Shown: positions 39,318 to 48,199, counted from the stretch's first letter. The stretch: DNA of 64,000 bases from a virus (IMGVR_UViG_3300024999_000045:32001-96000), one strand, 5' to 3'. Made by a program: numbers and translations. Notes: generated from the sequence alone by a model not told the origin.

Positions 39318-40428
39318 ATGGAATTTGTTTTAACAAAAATATCAGGTATTGATGATGCAATGGTTTCTTTAAGAATGTCGAAGAGGGCATATACTAAAGA
39401 AGTTTCAAATGATTTACGTGAATTAGTTAGAAATAATCTAGATAACAATGGATTTGCAACAAAAGAATTAGATGAACGATACATACAAGAGTTAAAAAAA
39501 TTAGAGAAATATGGTATAGAATTTAATCATAACGTGCTTTTAAAGTTTATTGATTTTACAATTGAAACTACTGGTCTACATAGAGGTGCTCAGGATTAAT
39601 TATTTTACTAATTAGTAGAATATAACGGTCGTCTTAATTAGAAATAATTAAGATTACGAGGTGGTGAACCTGCAAATGCAGGGTGTGGTACAAATGTACT
39701 GCTAACGGTGAACACCTAAGCTCCCAATGGGAGTATGGCAATACCGTGTGAAGCACTTTATATAAAGTGAACATGTAACGACTATTCCAAAGGGAAGTAG
39801 TTTGTAGGCGAAATTCCTACTTACGAAGCGCCACCCACCTTAACGTAAAGACGAAGGTGAAGAGATAGTCTATTCCCTGATAAATATCTCGAAAGAGAGG
39901 GTATAAAAGGATCTTGATGCACATGCCCAACGTATGAATAATAGAATAGTTCGTTCATCAACAAGGCTTGCTAGATTTGAACAAGGTGAAAAATCAGATT
40001 ATTATAAAGATAAAATCCTATTCTTTGATGAAGTTATGGATTTCCCAAATGCAATAACTAATAATGATGGATTGGAATATATAAAAGCACCTTATGGATA
40101 TGTAAGAAAAGATTTAAGAGAAGATAATGATGTTTTACGAGGTAATTATCCATTATCAATTCCTTCTGATTGTATATGGAAATGTGATTATCCAAGTCTA
40201 AAGCATATATATAAAATGAGAAATAAATTTAGTCATGCTAATCCAGAACTAAGAGATGGAATTGAAATGTTAGCAAACCAAATTGAAGCACAACTTCCTA
40301 TATTGGGTAAATATATCAGACATGATTTAGCACGAACACAAGAAGGAGTGCAACCTACACATTGTATGGATACAGTAACTATCTCAAAAGAATATTTAAA
40401 ATCATTAGAAAGAGCTGATAATAAATGA
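39318..40428 (+). CDS. thyX: flavin-dependent thymidylate synthase (divergent phage ThyX), join(39318..39596,39910..40428), 265 aa
   Basis: Splicing restores HRGAQD|DLDAHAQRMNNRIVRSSTRLA; exon 2 has YPSLKHIYKMR. Confidence 0.8.
39597..39909 (+). mobile_element. group I intron (313 nt, no ORF) in thyX
   Basis: Core elements CTGCTAACGGTGAA, AATACCGTG, GTAACGACTA, GAAGAGATAGTCTA; 5' exon ends in U, intron ends in G, frame restored. Confidence 0.92.
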
Positions 40429-40976
40429 TAAATTTATTTTTGGATTTAGATGCAACTATTGTAGACTCATCAAAAGCATATTGTGCCGTATATAATACAT
40501 ATTATTCACACTTAGAAGGATTTAAACCAGCAGACCATACAAAAGTGTATCAATATAACTTCTCAGATGAATGTCTATTAGCCTTACAAGATAAAAGTAA
40601 AATATTTGGGAATCAAGACTTCTTTGATAATTTAATATTATTCGAAAATGCTTATGAAGTTTTATTATCATTAAAAGATAAATATAACATTATTATTTGC
40701 ACTTTAGGTGATAATGACAATATTTCACTCAAATCACAGTGGATTAAAGAAAACTTGCCATTTGTTAATAACTGTATATTCATTAATAGCAATGGTATTA
40801 ATAGTAAAAGTATAGTAGATATGTCTGGTGGTATATTTATTGATGACCACCAGGACAATTTATTTAGTAGTAATGCAGAATATAAATATTGTTATGGTGA
40901 AGTTAAAGGTTGGAATGATAAATGGGATGGTATTAGGTTAGAAAATTGGTTAGAAATTAAAGAGTGTGCACTATGA
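40425..40976 (+). CDS. HAD-family 5'(3')-deoxyribonucleotidase
   Basis: LFLDLDATI, KSQWIKENLPF, IFIDD. Confidence 0.85.
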   Translation: MINLFLDLDATIVDSSKAYCAVYNTYYSHLEGFKPADHTKVYQYNFSDECLLALQDKSKIFGNQDFFDNLILFENAYEVLLSLKDKYNIIICTLGDNDNISLKSQWIKENLPFVNNCIFINSNGINSKSIVDMSGGIFIDDHQDNLFSSNAEYKYCYGEVKGWNDKWDGIRLENWLEIKECAL

Positions 40977-41413
40977 AAATAAATATAATAATTAACAAAC
41001 AAATTATGAAATTATATGAAGACGATTATTTTATATTATATCCAAGAAGAAGAAAATTTCCTAAATACTTTAATAATCCCATACCAATGTCTCTTAATAA
41101 ATTTATAGCAATGAAGCGCATGGCTCAGAATGATGTTAAACAAAAATATAAATATTTCGCGATATGGTTAGCAAAATATTATAATATAGAAAATTTAAAT
41201 TTAAAAAAAGCGATATTTACATATAGTTTTTATTTTGGAAACAAACAAAGGCATGATATAGATAATTACACACTTACACAGAAAATACTCGGAGACGGGT
41301 TTGTAGAAGCAAATGTTTTAGAAGATGATAATAGTAATAATTTATGGTTAAAATTTAATCCTTTTCAATACGATAAAGAAAATCCAAGAGTAGAAATATT
41401 CATAGAAAGTTAG
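40964..41413 (+). CDS. rusA: RusA-like Holliday junction resolvase
   Basis: SLNKF, RHDIDNY, DGFVEANVLEDDN, PRVEI. Confidence 0.85.
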   Translation: MCTMKINIIINKQIMKLYEDDYFILYPRRRKFPKYFNNPIPMSLNKFIAMKRMAQNDVKQKYKYFAIWLAKYYNIENLNLKKAIFTYSFYFGNKQRHDIDNYTLTQKILGDGFVEANVLEDDNSNNLWLKFNPFQYDKENPRVEIFIES

Positions 41414-41420
41414 GATATAT

Positions 41421-42566
41421 ATGTCTAAAAAGTATACCATACAAGAAATAAAAGATTATTTAAAGATATTTAATTGCAAATTATTAATAGAAGAATATAA
41501 AGATGTATTTTCGAAATTAAAAATAGAATGCTCTTGTAAAAATATATTTTATAGAGGGTTTAAAGACTTTAAATCAAGTGGCGGGACATGTAATATATGT
41601 ACACAAAAAAATACAAATAATAAAACAAAATTAGATAAAAATATTGTAAAAAGTACAATTAATAAAATGGGCTATGAATTAAAGTCTTTAGACTATATTA
41701 ATGCTAATTCAAAAATAGAAATAGAATCATATGAGGGTTATAAATATAAAGTTGTTTATGGTAGTCTACAACAAAGTCACATTCCAGACGCTTTTTCTAT
41801 AACTAACCCTTTTTCTATTTATAATATTAATATATGGACAGAAAAAAATATTAAACCGTTTTTATTAATATCCTATAAATTTTTAGGTTCAAATTCAAAA
41901 TTAACTTGGGCATGTAAAATATGTGGTGAAAACTGGGACGCAACATGGTCAAGTATTTATTCTAGTAAAAGTGGGTGCCCATATTGTGTTAATCAAAAAG
42001 TTAGTAAAAATAATAATTTATCAATTACTCACCCAAATTTATTAGAAGAGTGGCATTATACTAAAAATAAAAAGTCACCAAATTTATATACTCATGGTAG
42101 TGATTCTATAGTGTGGTGGGAGTGTAATACTTGTAGGTTTGAATGGAAAGCACGAATTGCCAACAGGACTAATGGGCGAAATTGCCCAAATTGTATGTTG
42201 TCTAAAGGTGAATTAAAAATATATGAATATTTAAAGAAAAATAATATCAATTTTGAACAACAATATGAGTTTAATGATTTATTATCAGAACTAGGAAATC
42301 CACTAAAATTTGATTTTGTTATATTTAATAATAATGATAACATTAGCTGCTTAATCGAATTCGATGGAATACAACATTTTAAACCCGTAGACTATTTTGG
42401 TGGCGAAAAAGGGTTTATGGCACAACAAATCAGTGATGAAAGTAAAAATGAGTATTGCAAAAACAACAATATTAAACTTAAAAGAATATCTTATTTAGAA
42501 TTTGATAATATTGAAGAAATATTAACATACTTAATAAAAGAGTGTAATATGCCTTGGATAAAATAA
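41421..42566 (+). CDS. free-standing endonuclease with zinc-ribbon repeats and a DUF559/Vsr-like C-terminal domain
   Basis: WACKICG...GCPYC, WWECNTC...CPNC, SKGELKI...FDF...IEFDGIQH...DESKNEYC. Confidence 0.75.
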   Translation: MSKKYTIQEIKDYLKIFNCKLLIEEYKDVFSKLKIECSCKNIFYRGFKDFKSSGGTCNICTQKNTNNKTKLDKNIVKSTINKMGYELKSLDYINANSKIEIESYEGYKYKVVYGSLQQSHIPDAFSITNPFSIYNINIWTEKNIKPFLLISYKFLGSNSKLTWACKICGENWDATWSSIYSSKSGCPYCVNQKVSKNNNLSITHPNLLEEWHYTKNKKSPNLYTHGSDSIVWWECNTCRFEWKARIANRTNGRNCPNCMLSKGELKIYEYLKKNNINFEQQYEFNDLLSELGNPLKFDFVIFNNNDNISCLIEFDGIQHFKPVDYFGGEKGFMAQQISDESKNEYCKNNNIKLKRISYLEFDNIEEILTYLIKECNMPWIK

Positions 42567-42678
42567 AAACATAAAAACAAAATAAATTTACTCTTTATGT
42601 ATTGACATTATTTGTTATATAATATATTATATTTATATTGAATATGACAAATAATGTCAACAACAAAGGAGATTCACA

Positions 42679-44004
42679 ATGTTTAAAGAGTTTTTACAGA
42701 ATTTAGTGGTTAATGTGCCATATATTACATTTATGATTTTAGGTTTTATATTTTTATTTGGATATAGAGATAAATTTTCAAAATCAAAAGTTATAACTTA
42801 TATAATGATAGGTTCAATTTTAGATAGTGTAATACAAATATATTTAGAGAAAAACGCTTATATGTTTATCAGCATTTTAATTTCTATAATTTTAATTAGA
42901 ATTATGTTTAAAATAAACCCATTAGCAACAATTGTATCCTACTTAATTTTATTTTTTATAGACTTCGTTGTGCAGATAATAATGTATATTATTTTAGCAT
43001 TAGGTTTTAAACTAGATATTAATATATTTTCACATCAAGTATATTTTACCTTATGTTATATAATAGTTTGGGTTTTGGCATTATATAATATTATTAAATC
43101 TAATTTTGTAATATTAAATATGCAAAAGTATAATATATTTTCAGATAAAAAATTTAATAAATTTATTGATGATAATGTAAAAATATTACTAACAACATTT
43201 TTAATCTTTATGATAGTAAATTGTATTAATTTATTAGTATATTATTATGGATTATCAAATCATAAGTCGTTTGAACCATTAACATATCTCACCTTGTTAT
43301 TTTTTAACACAATTATTTTTGCAACTATGATAATTTGGTTGATAAGTAAATTATATTCCTTAAAACAATACCAAATAAAATACAATTTAAGAAAAAAATA
43401 TTCTAAGAGCATTAAACACTTAATTAAAGGACTAAAATACGAAAAAAGAACTTTTTCTAATTATTTAAATGTTATAAATGGATATGTATCATTAGGAAAA
43501 TGTAATGAAGCTCAAGAATATATACAAAAAATACACAAATCTATTGTTACCGATAAAAAAGATGACAAATCTGAAGATGGATTAGATATTATAAATATTA
43601 TTAATTCAAAAATCATAGCAGCAGAACAAAAAAATATTAATATACAAGTAAATAATGACGCCAATATGAAAATAAATGCATTCGAAATTGAATATGCTGT
43701 TACAATAATTATTGATTTTATATTTAAATATGTTGAAGTATTGAGTATTAGTAAAAGAAATATTAATGTAAATACTTATTCTGATGACCACAATTATTCC
43801 TTAGAGTTTGATTTTACTGGAGAGCAAATACCAGAAAATTATTTATTAGATGAAAATGAAGATTTATATATTTCAAAATACATAATCAATACCAATAATG
43901 GCAATATGCAACTAACATATGAAAAAAATGATTTCAATTTTTACAACAAAATAAAAATATTATTTCCTAAAGAAGATGGTGCAAATGAACTTATTAAATA
44001 TTAA
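42679..44004 (+). CDS. agrC: AgrC-like membrane receptor, predicted catalytically dead histidine kinase
   Basis: Multi-TM N-terminal half, then DHp- and GHKL-like region; H box reads LKYEKRTFSNYL (His replaced by Arg) and N/G1/G2 boxes are degenerate; lies upstream of agrB and agrD. Confidence 0.75.
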   Translation: MFKEFLQNLVVNVPYITFMILGFIFLFGYRDKFSKSKVITYIMIGSILDSVIQIYLEKNAYMFISILISIILIRIMFKINPLATIVSYLILFFIDFVVQIIMYIILALGFKLDINIFSHQVYFTLCYIIVWVLALYNIIKSNFVILNMQKYNIFSDKKFNKFIDDNVKILLTTFLIFMIVNCINLLVYYYGLSNHKSFEPLTYLTLLFFNTIIFATMIIWLISKLYSLKQYQIKYNLRKKYSKSIKHLIKGLKYEKRTFSNYLNVINGYVSLGKCNEAQEYIQKIHKSIVTDKKDDKSEDGLDIINIINSKIIAAEQKNINIQVNNDANMKINAFEIEYAVTIIIDFIFKYVEVLSISKRNINVNTYSDDHNYSLEFDFTGEQIPENYLLDENEDLYISKYIINTNNGNMQLTYEKNDFNFYNKIKILFPKEDGANELIKY

Positions 44005-44557
44005 ATATTATGCTTTTAGTTTATCAAATTTTATAGCAAAAACAAGAAATGAAAGCCATGCAAAAAGATATGAATATTATTATGGCTCATTAATATTATT
44101 AGAGACAATATTTCAATTAGTGTTATTTCTGGTAATTGGACTAGCTTTTAACATTTTAAAAGAAGTTATGATATCTTTATTAGCATTTGGAACTTTAAGG
44201 TTTTATGCAGGCGGCTATCATGCTAACACTTTTAAAAAATGCACTCTATTTAGTCTAGTTATTATCTTATCTTCAGTATTTTTATCACAATATATATTGA
44301 ATTTTATGAATATTATATTGATAATTATTTCCATTGTAGTATTATATATTTATGCTCCAACCGATCATAAAAACAAGCCAATAACAAATGAAGCTCAGAG
44401 AAGTAAATTTAAGATTATATCTATTTTTATATTCGTTATTTGGATACTGCTAGGCACATTTTTATTAAAAGACTATTCCTTACTAATTAATATATCGTTG
44501 CTTTTTGAAAGTTTAAGTTTAATTAAGGTTTCAACCATGCCGAAATTTGGCAAATAA
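43976..44557 (+). CDS. agrB: AgrB peptide-processing protease
   Basis: LRFYAGGYHANTFKKCTLFS keeps the catalytic His and Cys; YAPTDHKNKP motif; multi-TM. Confidence 0.92.
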   Translation: MVQMNLLNIKYYAFSLSNFIAKTRNESHAKRYEYYYGSLILLETIFQLVLFLVIGLAFNILKEVMISLLAFGTLRFYAGGYHANTFKKCTLFSLVIILSSVFLSQYILNFMNIILIIISIVVLYIYAPTDHKNKPITNEAQRSKFKIISIFIFVIWILLGTFLLKDYSLLINISLLFESLSLIKVSTMPKFGK

Positions 44558-44577
44558 CATATAAGGAGGAACTAAAA

Positions 44578-44700
44578 ATGTTAATTTTTCTAGCTGATGT
44601 TTTAAGTGCGTTATTATCTGCCGTATCAACTCTTGATATGTCTATAATGTCACCTGTAATTATCCACCAACCAAAAGCACCAAAATCTTTAATTAAGTAA
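44578..44700 (+). CDS. agrD: AgrD autoinducing peptide precursor (40 aa)
   Basis: AAGGAGG RBS; MLIFLADVLSALLSAVSTLDMSIMSPVIIHQPKAPKSLIK with the clostridial HQPxxPxxL tail; absent from the ORF track. Confidence 0.88.
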   Translation: MLIFLADVLSALLSAVSTLDMSIMSPVIIHQPKAPKSLIK

Positions 44701-44759
44701 TATGAATTAAACTCGACATTATAAGAAGTTTGACATAATAATAAGAAGTTTGTACATAG

Positions 44760-44793
44760 CACAAGCTCATTATATAATTTTAATGAGCTTGTG
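44760..44793 (+). terminator. stem-loop after agrD
   Basis: 13 bp perfect stem CACAAGCTCATTA/TAATGAGCTTGTG; weak T tract. Confidence 0.7.
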
Positions 44794-44848
44794 ATTACTT
44801 CTTAAATAACATAAACATAATAACGTATAATATAAAATTTACATATAT

Positions 44849-45541
44849 ATGGAGGTAATTATGAAAGGTAAAGTAATTGTTTTAGAATCACCAGACGGTT
44901 GTGGTAAAGCAACGCAAACAAAATTACTATATGATAAATTAAAATCTAAAGGCTATAATGTAATGCATTTAGATTATCCAAGATATAGTATGCCATCTTG
45001 TTTATTAGTGGAATCATATTTAAACGGTGAATTTGGTACTAATGCTCAAGAGATTAGTCCTTATATGGCGTCAAGTTTTTATGCAATAGACAGATATATA
45101 AGTCATCTAGTTGAATGGAAAGAATTTTATGATAATGGTGGAATTATGATTTTCGACCGCTATTCTAGCAGCAATATTTTACACCAAACAAGCAAAATCA
45201 AAGATAAAGTTGAAAAATATAAACTTATTAATTGGTTGGAACAACTAGAATTTGAAACATATTCATTGCCTAGACCTGATGTGGTGTTCTATTTAAATAT
45301 GCCAATTGAACAAAGTATTAAACTTATGGAGAACAGAAAGAACAAAATTAATGGTGAAGATAAAAAAGATATCCATGAATCAGATAAACAACATTTAATT
45401 GATGCTCATGAGAATGCTACGGATATTATTAATATATACGAATGGACTGTAATTGATTGTATGGATAGGGATAAGAAACTTAAAAGCATTGATGATATAC
45501 ATGAAGAAATTTATGAATTGGCGGTTAGTTATTTAGAATAG
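44849..45541 (+). CDS. tmk: thymidylate kinase
   Basis: VIVLESPDGCGKATQ, YAIDRY, IFDRY, LPRPDVVFYL. Confidence 0.92.
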   Translation: MEVIMKGKVIVLESPDGCGKATQTKLLYDKLKSKGYNVMHLDYPRYSMPSCLLVESYLNGEFGTNAQEISPYMASSFYAIDRYISHLVEWKEFYDNGGIMIFDRYSSSNILHQTSKIKDKVEKYKLINWLEQLEFETYSLPRPDVVFYLNMPIEQSIKLMENRKNKINGEDKKDIHESDKQHLIDAHENATDIINIYEWTVIDCMDRDKKLKSIDDIHEEIYELAVSYLE

Positions 45542-45643
45542 CATTAAAGTATAAACATAATAATTATTATTTATATATATCAACAGACATATTTAAAGAG
45601 AAAATGAATATAGTTTAAAAACTATTAATAAAGGAGATCAATA

Positions 45644-45862
45644 ATGAAAGTTGAAAATATAATATTGGAAGGTAAAAATACATATTTAATTTGGGTTAAT
45701 AATCAAGAAAAAAACCTACCAAATATCCAAGATGATATAAATAAATATAAAAACATAAACACGAGGGTTGTTGTTTTTTATTCTGGTGATAAATATACCT
45801 TGCAAGAATCAACACAAAAACTAATAGAAGGATTAAACAACAATATTACAAGTATATTTTAA
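45644..45862 (+). CDS. small protein preceding the serine integrase
   Basis: AAGGAG RBS; VVVFYSGD motif. Confidence 0.65.
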   Translation: MKVENIILEGKNTYLIWVNNQEKNLPNIQDDINKYKNINTRVVVFYSGDKYTLQESTQKLIEGLNNNITSIF

Positions 45863-45868
45863 ATATAC

Positions 45869-45897
45869 TTGTTTTTTTTACTTAAATTGGATATAAT
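45869..45897 (+). promoter_or_regulatory. sigma-A-like promoter for the integrase
   Basis: TTGTTT 45869-45874, 17 bp spacer, TATAAT 45892-45897. Confidence 0.55.
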
Positions 45898-45934
45898 ACT
45901 TTATTATAACACACTATACAAAGGAGTTACTGAG

Positions 45935-47497
45935 ATGGAAAATGCAGTTGGATATATTAGATTAAGTAGGGACGAAGATAAACAAAATTATAGTTCAATT
46001 ATTAATCAAAAAAATATAATTATTGATTATTGTGAAAAAAATAACATTAAAATTATTGATTTTTATATTGATGATAATTATAGTGGATATACATTTGAAA
46101 GACCCTCTTTTAAAAAAATGTTATTAGATTTAGAAAATAAAAATATTGACGTGATAATAGCGAAAGACCTTTCTAGAATTGGCAGACATAATGCAAGAAC
46201 ATTATTATTTTTAGAGTCAATAACAGAATTAAATAAAAATATTATTTTAATTGATGAACAAAGCGGTGGATATAATTTAAAAAAAGACGACGATAGTATG
46301 ATAGGAATCAAAACATGGGTAAATGAAATGTATGTAAAAGATATTTCAAAAAAAATAAGAAGTAGTTTTACATCTAAACAAAAAGAAGGAACTTTGGTTT
46401 TTAAGGCACCATTTGGATATAAAAAAGACAAAATAAGTAAATCAGATTTACTTATAGACGAAGAAACATCTCAATATGTAAAATTAATTTTTGAGCTATA
46501 TCTTCAAGGAAATGGTTATATTAAAATATGTAATATTTTAAATGATAAAAATATACCAACACCCTCTATAGTACAACAAAGAGATTTGTCTAATAACGGG
46601 AAAATATTTAAGAATAAGGTTTCTAAAATATGGCAGTCCCATCATATTCAAAGAATTATTAAAGACGATGTATATACGGGTAGTTTAAGGTGTGGAAAAA
46701 CAAGAAAACAGGCAATTAAAGGTAAAACAATTTATCAAGATAAAGATCTTCATATTTTACACGAAAACCATCACGAGCCAATAATTTCTTTAGACGACTT
46801 TTCTATGGCACAAGATGTTAAAAATAAAAGAAATAAAACTCATTATAAAGGTGGGTCTAAAAATACGTATATGTTTTCTGGATTTGTTTTTTGTAATGAT
46901 TGTGGTGGATATATGATTGGAAGGACATATAAAAATGGTGTAAAATATTATGAATGTGGTAAATATAGTAAATATGGCCTTAAACAATGTACTACACATT
47001 ATATAAAAGAAACATTGCTTATTAATTTGTTTAAAATATATTTACAAAAAGTAAAAAACCAAATTGAAGAATTTATAAAAGATATTAATATTGAAAATCA
47101 TGAAAAAGACATAAATGAAATAATTAAAACACTTAAAAATGAATATATAATTAAAAAAGAAGAATTAAAGACAATATTATCTGAAAAAATAAAAGCATTA
47201 ATAAATGAAAAAAAAGACGAATATAAAGATATAGTAGAACAAAGTTATAAAGAAATTGAAGAAGAAAAAAAAGAAGAAATTAATTTTATATCAAATAGAT
47301 TAAATAAACTTAATAACACAAAAGATGATGATATTTATATTAAAACTAAAAATTCAATTGATTTATATTCCAATTTAATTGAATCTAATAATTTTAAAAA
47401 AAAGGAATTAGAATTGATTTTAGATAAAATAATGGTTAACCATCAAAGAGATGTAGATATAAATTTAATATCAAATATTAATGATTTTATTGGGTAG
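45935..47497 (+). CDS. large serine recombinase (integrase)
   Basis: AVGYIRLSRDE (catalytic Ser), DDNYSG...RPSF, AKDLSRIGR, APFGY, recombinase domain, FSGFVFCNDCGG zinc ribbon; AAGGAG RBS favours ATG 45935. Confidence 0.93.
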   Translation: MENAVGYIRLSRDEDKQNYSSIINQKNIIIDYCEKNNIKIIDFYIDDNYSGYTFERPSFKKMLLDLENKNIDVIIAKDLSRIGRHNARTLLFLESITELNKNIILIDEQSGGYNLKKDDDSMIGIKTWVNEMYVKDISKKIRSSFTSKQKEGTLVFKAPFGYKKDKISKSDLLIDEETSQYVKLIFELYLQGNGYIKICNILNDKNIPTPSIVQQRDLSNNGKIFKNKVSKIWQSHHIQRIIKDDVYTGSLRCGKTRKQAIKGKTIYQDKDLHILHENHHEPIISLDDFSMAQDVKNKRNKTHYKGGSKNTYMFSGFVFCNDCGGYMIGRTYKNGVKYYECGKYSKYGLKQCTTHYIKETLLINLFKIYLQKVKNQIEEFIKDINIENHEKDINEIIKTLKNEYIIKKEELKTILSEKIKALINEKKDEYKDIVEQSYKEIEEEKKEEINFISNRLNKLNNTKDDDIYIKTKNSIDLYSNLIESNNFKKKELELILDKIMVNHQRDVDINLISNINDFIG

Positions 47498-47502
47498 ATT
47501 TT

Positions 47503-47548
47503 ATACTTTATAGTAGCACATTCACCTGAGAGTGCAATGATAAAGTAT
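47503..47548. other. candidate attP site
   Basis: 21 bp imperfect inverted arms (16/21 match, outer 9 bp ATACTTTAT/ATAAAGTAT perfect) around ACCT, 5 bp after the integrase stop. Confidence 0.7.
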
Positions 47549-47619
47549 GAGTGTACAACCCTTGATTTTACTACATTTATATAATATAATTATATAATAC
47601 CATAAAAGGAGTGACCCAT

Positions 47620-47955
47620 ATGTTATTTAAATCATTACTTAAATGTTCAAATTGCAACTATACATTCAGAGCAAGGAAAGAACGCAATCATATAAAATAT
47701 CGCTGTAGTAATAGATTAAAAAATGGAATAAATTCTTGTTCAAATGACAGCGTAATAACTGAAGAAGAACTTATTTACCATACAAAAAAACAATTTGAGT
47801 TATATGAGATAGATTTTAACTTAGATAATGAATATTTAAAAACTGTAATTAAAGATATTATAGTTCAACCAAATAATAATTATATGATTAATTATAAAAA
47901 CAAATCATTTGACTCAACAATAATATCTGACACTAAGATTTATTGGGGAAATTGA
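47620..47955 (+). CDS. stand-alone recombinase-type zinc-ribbon protein
   Basis: LFKSLLKCSNC...KYRCSNR...C resembles the ZD of large serine recombinases; AAGGAG RBS. Confidence 0.75.
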   Translation: MLFKSLLKCSNCNYTFRARKERNHIKYRCSNRLKNGINSCSNDSVITEEELIYHTKKQFELYEIDFNLDNEYLKTVIKDIIVQPNNNYMINYKNKSFDSTIISDTKIYWGN

Positions 47956-48069
47956 GATTTTAAAGGGGACAACAAAATATAATAAATTAAAATATAAGAA
48001 GGTAAAGTGAAAGGTTTATAATAAAAGGCTTTTAATAATTTTTATAGGGACAACAATACAAAACATTTA

Positions 48070-48098
48070 TTGACAAAATGCGACATGATTGATATAAT
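48070..48098 (+). promoter_or_regulatory. consensus sigma-A promoter with extended -10 and no downstream ORF
   Basis: TTGACA 48070-48075, 17 bp spacer, TG-A-TATAAT 48090-48098. Confidence 0.75.
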
Positions 48099-48162
48099 TA
48101 AATTCTGAAATTACTAAGCTATAATGTGTTCTGTCAAGCTCAGTTTTAATCTTTTTTAAGAC

Positions 48163-48199
48163 AGCCCAAAACCCGTAAACTAATTACGGGTTTTGGGCT
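48163..48199. terminator. stem-loop at the convergence of the two transcription arms
   Basis: 16 bp perfect stem AGCCCAAAACCCGTAA/TTACGGGTTTTGGGCT. Confidence 0.85.

Larger units (their letters stand above)
3168..45560 (+). repeat. dispersed TATAAACATAA box upstream of genes
   Basis: Exact copies at 3168, 9637, 10925, 18159, 29821, 30420, 45550; one-mismatch copies at 5739, 12184, 33186, 44810. Confidence 0.7.

Noticed and set aside
44712-44735. Spo0A-box-like heptamers (CTCGACA, TTTGACA) after agrD
   Set aside because: Each has a mismatch to the consensus and such matches are expected by chance here.
45869-45934. Track's upstream extension of the integrase ORF
   Set aside because: It overlaps a promoter; the RBS and the YxRxS motif position support ATG 45935.
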